A DNA stretch of 64,000 bases from Octopus sinensis (Eukaryota): assembly GCF_006345805.1 (NCBI RefSeq), contig NC_043006.1, positions 85,870,001 through 85,934,000 on the forward strand, read 5' to 3'. Numbering within the stretch: the stretch's first letter is position 1; every line of letters starts with the position of its first letter. This document shows, piece after piece, positions 53,136-63,435 of this stretch. A model generated the notes under the pieces. The model was not told where the DNA came from, did no database searches, and saw only the letters and a program-made list of their open reading frames with translations. Position numbers and translations under genes: made by a program.

Positions 53136-53708
53136 CATATATATATATACATATATATATATACATATATATATATACATATATATATATACATATATAT
53201 ACATATATATATAACATATATATATATACATATATATATACATATACATATATATACATACATATATATATACATATACATATATATACACATATATATA
53301 TATATATATATACATATATATATACATATACATATATATACACATATATATATATATACATATATATATATACATATACATATATATATATATACAATAT
53401 ATACACATATATATATACATATATATATATACATATACATATATATAACATATATATATATACATATACATATATATCACATATATATATATATACATAT
53501 ATATATAATATATATATATATACATTATATATATATAACATACATATATACATACATATATATACATATTATACACATATATTACACATATATATACATA
53601 TATATATACACATATATACACACATAACACATATATATACATATATATATACATATATATACACATATATATACATATATATATACATATATATACACAT
53701 ATATATAC

Positions 53709-53741
<33 letters not shown>

Positions 53742-53907
53742 CATATATACATACATATATACATACATATATACATACATATATACATACATATATACAT
53801 ACATATATACATATATATATACATATATATATACATATATATATACATATATATATACATATATATACATATATATACATATACATACATATATATATAT
53901 ATTTATA
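53044..53907. repeat. (TA/TACA)n array
   Basis: Low-complexity run. Confidence 0.95.
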
Positions 53908-53908
53908 C

Positions 53909-54820
53909 ATGTGGGCTGAGGACAACAACATGCAGTTTAATGCAGGTAAGTTCCAGGCCCTGCGCTACTGGCACACAAAGGTAAATGACGTGAAGACTGG
54001 ATACACTGGCCCAGGAAGAATTGCAATCCCTGAGTCAAAATCAGTGCATGACGTGGGCATTGACATGAGCAATGATGCATCTTTCCAAATGCATATTGCT
54101 AATCTGGTGATAAAATGCAGACGGCTAGCTGGATGGATTCTCCGAACTTTCAGAACAAGAGAGAAGGAGACACTGATGGTCCTATGGAAAACATTCATCC
54201 TCAGCCGCTTGGACTACTACTCCCAACTTTGGTCACCACACAATATAAAACAAACAGCAGAACTCGAAGCAACTCAGAGAAGCTACACAAAGAAAATCGT
54301 CTCAATGCAAAATGTCAGCTACTGGGAAAGACTGAAGGTATTAAACCTCTTCTCCCTGGAGCGGAGGCAGGAGAGATATGCAGTGATATACATCTGGAAA
54401 ATCCTGGAGGGTCTTGTCCCAAACTTTGGCATTCAAAGTTACTCCAACCGCAGAACGGGGCGCCGCTGCGTGGTGCCAAGGATTCCAACATCACCATCAA
54501 AATACAGGTCCAGATACTGCAACAGCTTGGGTTTCAGAGGACCACAGCTCTTTAACATCCTCCCTAAATGCCTGAGAGACTTACATGGTGTGGATGTGGG
54601 TTTCTTTAAAACTAAACTGGATCTCTTCTTGTTGGGAGTCCCAGATGAACCTACCTCACAACAGGAGACACAGATGCGGGCAGCAGCATCGAACTCCCTT
54701 GTTGATCAAGTGCCATGTATCAGAGGTGGATTCACAAACTAGTGTAGGTCATTCAGCGGTGGTGCCCCAGCATGGCCGCGGCCTTCGGGCTAAAACATTT
54801 TTAAGGATTTAAGGATATAT
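53909..54820 (+). mobile_element. 5'-truncated CR1-like LINE (second subfamily) with an open 277-codon C-terminal ORF and intact 3' end
   Basis: [14 protein letters not shown]...[13 protein letters not shown]...LEGLVPNFG; 3' GGTGCCCCAGCATGGCC plus hairpin and TAAGGATT tail. Confidence 0.92.
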
Positions 54821-54884
54821 ATATATACATATATATATATTTATACATATATATACATATATATACATATATATATATATATAC

Positions 54885-54934
<50 letters not shown>

Positions 54935-55382
54935 GTGTGTGTGTGCAGCCTCCTGGCTTCCCAGACCCCAGTCAAACCGTCCAACACATGCCAGCATGGA
55001 AAATGGATGTTAAACGATGATGATGATATATATATATATATATATATATCATCATCGTCGTTACATACATACATATATACATACATATATATATATACAT
55101 ACATTATCATCGTTGTTACATACATACATTATACATACATATGTATATACATACATATATATATACATACATATGTATATACATACATATATATATACAT
55201 ACATATATATATACATACATATATATATACATACATACATATATATATACATACATATATATATATACATATATATATATACATATATATATACATATAT
55301 ATATGTATACATATATATATGTATACATATATATATACATATATATATATACATATATATATGTATACATATATATATACAC

Positions 55383-55413
<31 letters not shown>

Positions 55414-56005
55414 CATAAATATACATCTCGTCTGGCACCTGTGTCGGTGGCACATAAAAACACCATCCGAGTGTGGCCGTCTGCCAGCCTTGTCTGGCAC
55501 CTGTGTCGGTGGCACATAAAAAACACCATTCGAGCGTGGCTGTCTGCCAGCCTCGTCTGGCACCTGTGTCGGTGGCACATAAAATCACCCACTACACTCT
55601 CGGAATGGTTGGCGTTAGGAAGGGCATCCAGCTGTAGAAACACTGCCAGATCTGACTGGCCTGGTGCAGCCCTCGGGCTTGCCAGACCCCAGTTGAACCG
55701 TCCAACCCATGCTAGCATGGAAAGCGGATGTTAAATGATGATGATGATACATATATATATATACATACATATATATACACATATATATATACATACATAT
55801 ATATATACATACCATCATCATCATCATCTTCATTTAGCGTCCGTTTTCCATGCTGGCATGGGTTGGACGGTTTGACTGGGGTCTGGAAAGCCAGGAGCCT
55901 GCACCAGGCCCCAATCTGATCTGGCAGTGTTTCTACAGCTGGATGCCTTTCCTAATGCCAACCACTCCAAGAGTGTAGTGGGTGCTTTTTACGTGCCACC
56001 GGCAT
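54821..56005. repeat. TA arrays interleaved with short RTE-tail elements, including three tandem ~56-bp RTE 3' UTR units at ~55430-55590
   Basis: GTCTGGCACCTGTGTCGGTGGCACATAAAA x3; tails CCAACCCATGCTAGCATGGAAAGCGGATGTTAAATGATGATG in both orientations. Confidence 0.8.
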
Positions 56006-56523
56006 ATATATATATATATGTGTGTGTGTATACAGGGTGCTGTCTATACACACACACACATAAAATAATCCTAAAAATCCTGTTAATAAATATTATCAGC
56101 TATCCAGCATAGAATAAAAAGTATAAGCAATTTATATATTAAATTAATAATTATATATACAAGTATATTAGGGGAGAAAGTTGGAGCATGACTTTTCTCC
56201 TTCATGCTAAATGAATGTCTAAATATTACAAAACTACCAAGAAAAGTTCCCTAAGTACATCGAATTGAAAGCAGGCTAGTGGAAAGTTATTTAAAAAAGA
56301 CTCCACATTAATTGCAAATTAGCTGATTTCAAGATTAAAATCTTAAATATATTTTTTCATATCATCAGTGCAATACACGTAAAAATACACAAACAAGTAT
56401 TAGTACATACCTATAACTGGCTTTAAAATAGTTTTATTTTTGTAAATCAGTGAATATATTTCTCTTGAAATTCTATAAGTTTTCGACAGCGGATTAGCAG
56501 CAACCTCTAGCAAAGTCAAGCTA

Positions 56524-56569
56524 CTTCAGACTGATGAAGGGAAGTAAGCCTGAAACTTCTCTCTGGAAG
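56524..56569 (+). ncRNA. Solitary hammerhead-like motif, stem III decayed
   Basis: CTTCAGA-CTGATGA-AGG gaagtaag CCT-GAAAC-TTC-TC-TCTG(G)AAG. Confidence 0.5.
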
Positions 56570-56774
56570 CTGGCTGTGTTGGGCGGAGGTGCTAATCTCC
56601 CTTATTTGAAAACTTAAGGACACAGAAATCTTGTGTCGAGTAGCCAACTAGATACAGTGTTTCTTGGGTGCTAAATAACATTCTTTATTTTCCTGAGACT
56701 GCCACAAGCCACCAATTTATCATACTGTTACTGCATAACTCTCTCTGAGAGATTTAGAAATGCAATATTTCTCA

Positions 56775-56823
<49 letters not shown>

Positions 56824-56928
56824 TACACCGGAGTAAGCACATAAATGTGAAACAAAGTGGAAAAAAGAGTACTCAAATACCAGAGGTAGAGTAATATGCT
56901 TTATTTAAAAGCAGCAGAAATATAAAAG

Positions 56929-56966
56929 CTGTTACTCAGAGTTTCATGTTCCCGTTCATCGGACAG
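56929..56966 (-). ncRNA. Hammerhead variant with CCGAUGA core (sense to SHC)
   Basis: CTGT-CCGATGA-ACG GGAA CAT-GAAA-CTC T GAG-TA|ACAG. Confidence 0.55.
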
Positions 56967-56979
56967 TTTTTTAACAGAA

Positions 56980-57017
56980 CTGTCCGATGAATAGGAATGT
57001 GAAACTCTGAGTAACAG
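56980..57017 (+). ncRNA. Hammerhead variant with CCGAUGA core
   Basis: CTGT-CCGATGA-ATA GGAA TGT-GAAA-CTC T GAG-TA|ACAG. Confidence 0.55.
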
Positions 57018-57085
57018 CTTTTGTTATATTTCTGTTGATTTTAAATAAAGTATATATATATATATTTATATACACACACACACGT

Positions 57086-57372
57086 GGAGGCGCAATGGCC
57101 CAGTGGTTAGGGCAGCGGACTCGTGGTTGTAGGATCGCGGTTTCGATTTCCAGACAGGCGTTGTGAGTGTTTATTGAGCGAAAACACCTAAAGATCCACG
57201 AGGCTCCAGCAGGGGTGGTGGTGATCCCTGCTGTACTCTTTCACCACTCTTTCTTCTGTTGGCCTGCTCGCTTAGCCAGTGGGGTGGCATCATTTGAAGG
57301 CTAAAACAATGCGAAGCGCATTGTGACCAGCGATGTGTAGCAACATCTGATAGCCTGGTCGGTCACAGTGAT
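57086..57372 (+). mobile_element. Young tRNA-derived SINE (family C)
   Basis: A box TGGCCCAGTGG, B box GTTTCGATTTCC, followed by ~220 bp of non-tRNA body. Its tail resembles 2780-2830. Confidence 0.8.
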
Positions 57373-57914
57373 ATACACACACAGACAGGCCTAAAAAGAT
57401 TGGCAAGTGAAAGCAACAAACAATATCAGGTAATCAGAAGGGAAGATAGATGTCAGGTACACTAGTGTAGCTAGAGTGGGGTAGAGAGGGAAGTCCACCC
57501 CAGGCAGCACACACTTGAGCTATGTTAGTGGTCAAGTATATATAACACAAAAAAAAGCTGAAAGTAAGTGGTTGAACAAAGTGTTGCAAATCAGTGTGTC
57601 AGTGAGGGTCAATATAATATTAGGGTAAAAGGAGTTTAGAATGATACTGACATACATAGCATTGCTGATGCTGAGAAGAAATGTTAATCCAAGGGGTTGT
57701 TGAATGAGGAGAACGCATGGAAGAAAGAGGGTTTGCTTTAAGTAGACCCATCAGAGGGACCAACTAGTAAAGTAGACAAACAGTTAAAAGTATGAAAGCA
57801 ATTGAAGCAGTTAGACCTTAAAGAATAGTCACTGAGACATTGAAAAATATCTGATAATGTAAGACATGCACTAGTCATTTCAATTAGGTTAATTAAAATG
57901 GCATTCTGTCAGTT

Positions 57915-58130
57915 ATGACGAGAGATCCATTTGATCTGATCAATGGACCAGCCTGCTTGTGAAATTAATGTGCAAGTGGCTGAGCACTCCACAGACTTAT
58001 GTACCCTTAAAGTCGTTCTCAAGGAGATTCAGCATGACAGAGAATGTGATAAGGCTGAGCCTTTGAAATACAGGTACTACTCATATTTGCCAGCTGAGTG
58101 GATTGGAGCAATGTGAAATAAAGTGCCTTA
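57915..58130 (-). mobile_element. Old SINE body (family D)
   Basis: Contains the reverse complement of TTGCTCCAGTCCACTCAGCT, also seen at 2489-2508. Confidence 0.55.
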
Positions 58131-58369
58131 CAAACTCATGCTCATAAGGTGACGAGCTGAATATCCTAACCATTACTCCATGTGCCTTCCTTCTAGTCAA
58201 TTAGGTAATAAAAGAAGTGTTGCACACTATGGCAGTATTATCACCAACTGATTCAAGGAACAAAGGAGTTGCTCTTGAAATAAATAACTACTAAAGTATA
58301 ATACTTTAATATAATTAATTGGCTTATGACAACAGCAGAAAATGATTATAACACAACTGATTATGAATA

Positions 58370-58640
58370 GAATTGTTTTAGATGAGTTACAGTTTGGATT
58401 TATGTAAGAATGGAGTACTACTGAGTTCTCTGTCTTGTAAGATAGCTACAGAAGAAATTGTTAGCTAAGAGTAAACTACTATACATAGAATTTGTTGATT
58501 TGGAGGCTTTTGATGAAGCACCACACTGTGTAGTCTGTGTTTGTTAAGAAAACTGGGTGTAGCTAAAATGACTTGTGAGAACTGTACAAGCCATGAACCA
58601 AGATAATGTCAACAAAGTGAGAGTAAGGAGCTCAGTGATT
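58370..58640 (+). mobile_element. Highly decayed RTE RT fragment
   Basis: LDELQFGFM*..STTE; LVR*LQKKLLAKSKLLYIEFVDLEAFD. Confidence 0.75.
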
Positions 58641-59168
58641 AGAAGAAAAATTTTAATTGAATAGGTTTAGATGATGGCAATGTAGAGTTGTCAAATTCTA
58701 TTTCTCATACAATACTAAACAGCCAATATTGTTTAAAATGAGTCATTTTACTTTTATGAAATATGAACCTGGTCTGGAAGAGTAATTATATTTGCATTAT
58801 TTCCAGTCTGCAGAAAGTTAAAGCAGAAGTTAATAAATACTAATCCTGTTACTTACAGACTGTTTTGAATTCATTTAAATTCAAGAACATGCACCAGCAA
58901 CTTAAATTATCAAACATCAGCCAGCTCAACAGCCCCTGTTTGAATTGCTCTTCTATATTTTAGTTGGGTTTATTTCATTGATCCTTGAAGAATGAAATGT
59001 TAAAAGTTATATAAATGTAGGATTTGAACTTACTGCAAACAACAATGCAGTTTTAGAGCCCTCATCACTGCACCAGCTAAACTGAGTGGCTTTTTAAGCA
59101 CTCATAAATTTCCATTGTTTTAAGCAAGAATAACAGTAATAACAACAGCAGTAAAATAATGTTCATAC

Positions 59169-59288
59169 CTTGCCATTTTCCATTATAACAAGTTTTAGGG
59201 CTTCAGTTGTAATAGTGAGAGTAATGTTGGAGCCTGAACACCTCAGGTTAGCATAACCTCCAAGAATGCGAAGAACCTTTTTGTCTGA
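59169..59288 (-). CDS. SHC1: SHC PTB-domain exon (SDKKVLRILGGYANLRCSGSNITLTITTEALKLVIMENGK)
   Basis: tacttttag acceptor, AAG|GTATGA donor, 120 bp, phase 0/0. Aligns with the human SHC1 exon [40 protein letters not shown]. Confidence 0.85.
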
Positions 59289-60249
59289 CTAAAAGTATAA
59301 AAATACAAAAAAAATTTTTTTTTTTTTAGGCCAGTGTATATAAAGAATAAAGTAAAATTATTATGATCATTGCTTTAATACTGGTGTAACAACGAAGGGC
59401 TTCTTTATGTATTGGAAAATAATTTATTCATAACATTAACAGGAAAAATGTTCATGCAAAACAATTAATGAAAAAATTCAGATGAAACAGCATAATATGA
59501 CATATAGAGTCCTTGTTAGAAACTCAACATTTGGGCTAATTTTTACATATCAAATACATATTCAGGTGCTATGATGTGCTTTCTTCTTCAATCATTCCAG
59601 GTTGATTATGCAGTTGTGAAAACAGCTACAGCTACACTCTGAATTTTTGGTGCTCAATTTGGCTATATTTGTAGGCCTCACTCATAGAAAGTTCTAGTCA
59701 GACCACTGAACTATCATATGAACAACAGCTGTTCATTGGATAAAATCTTGGTCGTGCACATGATTGTGATTTCTATATGGCAAAACGTGGGATCAAATCC
59801 AATGCTATACTTGCTTATTCATATTGGAACTGAATAATTTTCTTTTACAGTAGTTTTCCTTGCACCTTAATCCTGTATTACTCCATTCTTAAGCTACATC
59901 TATCTCAGGCCTCAGCTAATTACTTTATACTAAGTCTTCTTTGTTTACCTCTATTTTGGATACACAGTGCCATTACATACCCATATCAGCCCAACTCTCT
60001 TTCTCTCTCCCTCTCTCTCTCTAACAACTAACCAATGTTTTTTATGTATGTTACTATTTTAATGTGTTTGCATTCAATTTGTTTTCATAAGGTACGCATT
60101 TGTACACTAAAGGCATTAAGGTCACAAGCCAACAAGAGAACCTCTACGATTGCTCAGACTACTAAAAATAGTAACCAAATATTCCTCAGATAACCACAGT
60201 GTTTTAAATAAAAATCGTATTAGATAACATATTCATATATAGGCATAGG

Positions 60250-60412
60250 GGTGGCTGTGTGGTAAGTAGCTTGCTTACGAACCACATGGTTTGGGGTTCA
60301 GTCCCACTGCGTGGCACCTTGGGCAAGTGTCTTCTACTATAGCCTTGGGCCGACCAAAGCCTTGTGAGTGGATTTGGTAGACGGAAACTGAAAGAAGCCC
60401 ATTGTATATATG

Positions 60413-60450
<38 letters not shown>

Positions 60451-60660
60451 CATGTATATATGTTTATCCCCCCAACATCGCTTGACAACCAATGCTGGTG
60501 TGTTTACGTCCTCGTAACTTAGTGGTTCGGCAAAAGAGACCAATAGAATAAGTACTAGGCTTACAAAGAATAAGTCCTGAGGTCGATTTACTTGACTAAA
60601 GGCAGTGCTCCAGCATGGCCGCAGTCAAATGACTGAAACAAGTAAAAGAGTAAAAAGAGA
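60250..60660 (+). mobile_element. SINE family A (cleanest copy)
   Basis: tRNA-like A/B boxes, CCTTGGGCAAGT core, TA repeat, tail GGCAGTGCTCCAGCATGGCCGCAGTCAAATGACTGAAAC(AAGTAAAAGAG)n. Confidence 0.88.
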
Positions 60661-61491
60661 GTATATACTTTAAAAGAGTGAAATTCTCTTGGCTGAATTG
60701 TCTTCATCAGGACTGACCTGGAGGTAACAACAACAACAACCTGTTTGTTCTTCCCCAATCACAACCAGTTCTGAACAATCACTTCTTGTACATCACTACC
60801 ATACTTATGACTAATATAGTCTGGGATTTTCTTATAATGAGAGAAATATTTTGTCATTGAGAGACAGCAAATTCCCAAACTGACCCTGGTTACGTTTTGT
60901 CAGTGTCAGATGTAATCCCAGTACTTAATATTTACATGCTACTAATCAACTACTCCAATCTGAGCAATTCAAAGTCTTCTATGTCCATACTCCAAATTAT
61001 TCCCTTAAATTTAAAACATTTAAAGTTCTGAATTCTTGACAGTTTAACAGAAGATGCCAATGCATATTTGCTGCCTTAATTGGTTATTAGAATTGTACAC
61101 TACAGCACACATACTAAGTTCTTTTTGAATTCCAAACAAGAATGAAAGCTAATTAACAAGGAATGATGAAAAATAAAATATATGTTCACACAATTACAAT
61201 AAAGAGAGGTGTGACTGTGTAGTTAAGAAGCTTGCTTCTAAAGTTTGTAGTCTCAGGTTCATTCCCACTGTACCTTGGGCAAGTGAAGCCAGCCAACCCT
61301 TGTGAGTGGATTTGATAAATTAAAATCTTTAGTAGATATCATCATCCTCATTATTTCATGTTTGCCTTCCATGCTGGCATGGGCTGCTTGGTTTGACAGG
61401 TGCTGGCAAGTCGAAGGACCGCACTAAGCTATATTGTCTACCTTGGCATGGTTTCCATACACACACACTCACCCACTCACTCACCCACTCA

Positions 61492-61528
<37 letters not shown>

Positions 61529-61789
61529 GTGTGTACATGTGTGCACACACTTTCTTCAACCATGGTTGTAAATGAGCATTGCTATTATACAAGTGATCTC
61601 TAGTCTTTTAGGAAAAATATGTCTGGCCAAGGGGAAATATTACCTTGCTTGGCAACACGATGAACATCTGGCTGTAGAAAATATACCTCAACAAATTCCA
61701 TCTGATCCATGCACGCATGGAAAAGTGGACATTAAATGATGATGGTGGTGGTGCAGTGTTGGGGGTGTTCCATACCATGTAGAATGTCA

Positions 61790-62165
61790 TGGCTGTTGTG
61801 TTAAGAAGTTTATTTCCAACCACATGGTTTCAGGTTCAGTTCCACAGCGTGGGCAAGTATCTTCTAAGGTAGCCCCAGTATGACCAAAGCTTTGTGAATG
61901 AGTTTGACAATGGAAGAATTGAAACCAAAAGAAGCCTTTGTGTGTGTGTGTGTGTGTATGTGCGAGTGTTTTTGTTTTTTTTTACATATCCCATGACACT
62001 GCATGTTAATTGTAAGCAAATATCACCATCATGCAAGTAGTATCTTTCATCTCCAATCTTCTGAGGAAATGCCTTACTTGAACACAGGTGAGGGTTGGCA
62101 ACAGGAAAGGCATCCAACCATACAAAATTTGCTTCAATAAATTTCATCCAATCCATGCAAGCATA
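61790..62165 (+). mobile_element. SINE with family-A head and RTE-like tail
   Basis: Head GTTAAGAAGTTTATTTCCAACCACATGGTTTCAGGTTCAG; tail GGTTGGCAACAGGAAAGGCATCC...TCCATGCAAGCAT. Confidence 0.65.
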
Positions 62166-62462
62166 GTTTGGATGAAATTTATAGTTGTATATCACTTATA
62201 GTTATTTTTTTATGAAGAAGGGTTTAAGATTAAAATCAGCAAAACCTAAACTTAGAACAGTAGGAGAAATCATGGCTGTATTGCTAACATGGTCTTACAT
62301 AAGTAGTTCTCAACTGGAGTTCATATGGCTTTTAGGGGTCCATATAAGATTTTGTTGTTAAAATTTATCTGCAATAAATTGGTTATACTTCTACAATAAG
62401 CAAAATATTTTAATTCTTTTTAATACGATTCCTAATAACATCTGATTATCTTTTATCTTTTC

Positions 62463-62785
62463 CTTATTTCAGTCTGTAGACTGTGGCCATACTGGAGAAT
62501 TGCCTTCTGGTACTTACTGAACCGTTAGGTTATGGGATGTAAACACACCAGTACTGGTTGTCAAGCAGTGGTGGGGGACAAACACAGACACATAAAAAAC
62601 ATTAGCACACACACACACATATATATATATATAAATAAACATGATGGGATTCTTTCAGTTTCCATCTACCAAATCCACTCGCAAGGCTTGGGGGTATAGT
62701 GGAAGATGCTTGCCCAAGATGTTATGCAGTGGAACTGAACCTGGAACCATGTTGTTGGGAAGCAAGCTTCTTACCACACAGCCAT
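62463..62785 (-). mobile_element. SINE family A (older copy)
   Basis: Reverse-complement similarity to 60250-60660. Confidence 0.7.
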
Positions 62786-63184
62786 GCATGTGCTTAATAA
62801 TTATAAAAATATAATAGGATTTTTTTATACATTGAATGGCTATAAGGGTCTATCTGAGTAAACTAGGAATCAAAAGAGGTCCATAGGCAGAAAATGGTTG
62901 AGAAAAACTGGGTTAGATGAATATATTATTGAGTCTTTGTTTTACAGCCTGATGCCCTTTCTACCGCTAGCCCTTAACTGATTTTCAAAATCGGTTTCTC
63001 TTATTTCACATGTCTACAAGGTTGAAAAGCCAGCAGATAATTACATTCTTTGCTTTGGAGTCACATGGTTCTGGGTTTGCTCTCATTGCATGGCATGTTT
63101 GGCAAGTGTGGCTTCCACTAGTCTTGCTTTGACTAATGCCTTTGCAATGGAATTTGGTAAATGGAAACTGTAGAAACTTGTCAG

Positions 63185-63435
63185 ATGTGTGTGTGTGAGT
63201 GTGTGACTGGAGTGAGTGAGTGGAAGGAGTGAGTGAGTGTGTAACTGAATGTGTGAGTGAGTGAATGAGTGAGTGAATGAGTGAGTGAATGAGCGAGTGC
63301 GTAAGTGAATGAGTGAGTATGTGAATGAGTGTGTGAGTGAGCAAGTGTGTGTGTGAGTAAGTGTATGTGTGTGTGAGGGAACAAGTGTGTGGTGAGTGAT
63401 TAATGTGTGCCTATGTGCGTGTGTGTGTGTGCATG
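63185..63435. repeat. (GT)n/(GAGT)n microsatellite inside a SINE
   Basis: Direct. Confidence 0.9.

Larger units (their letters stand above)
56827..57050. mobile_element. Small fold-back element (arms 56899-56968 / 56978-57050) made of two divergent hammerhead-variant units
   Basis: Inverted arms read directly; each arm ends in TTTTAAATAAAG. Confidence 0.82.

Noticed and set aside
56411-56600. Possible missing SHC exon (GTATGT donor at 56410)
   Set aside because: Stops in all frames from the candidate acceptor and no PTB/CH1 motifs.
57086-57160. tRNA gene
   Set aside because: A and B boxes are present, but no convincing acceptor stem, and it continues into a SINE body.
60680-60720. Minus-strand CTGATGA
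   Set aside because: No stem II or GAAA downstream.
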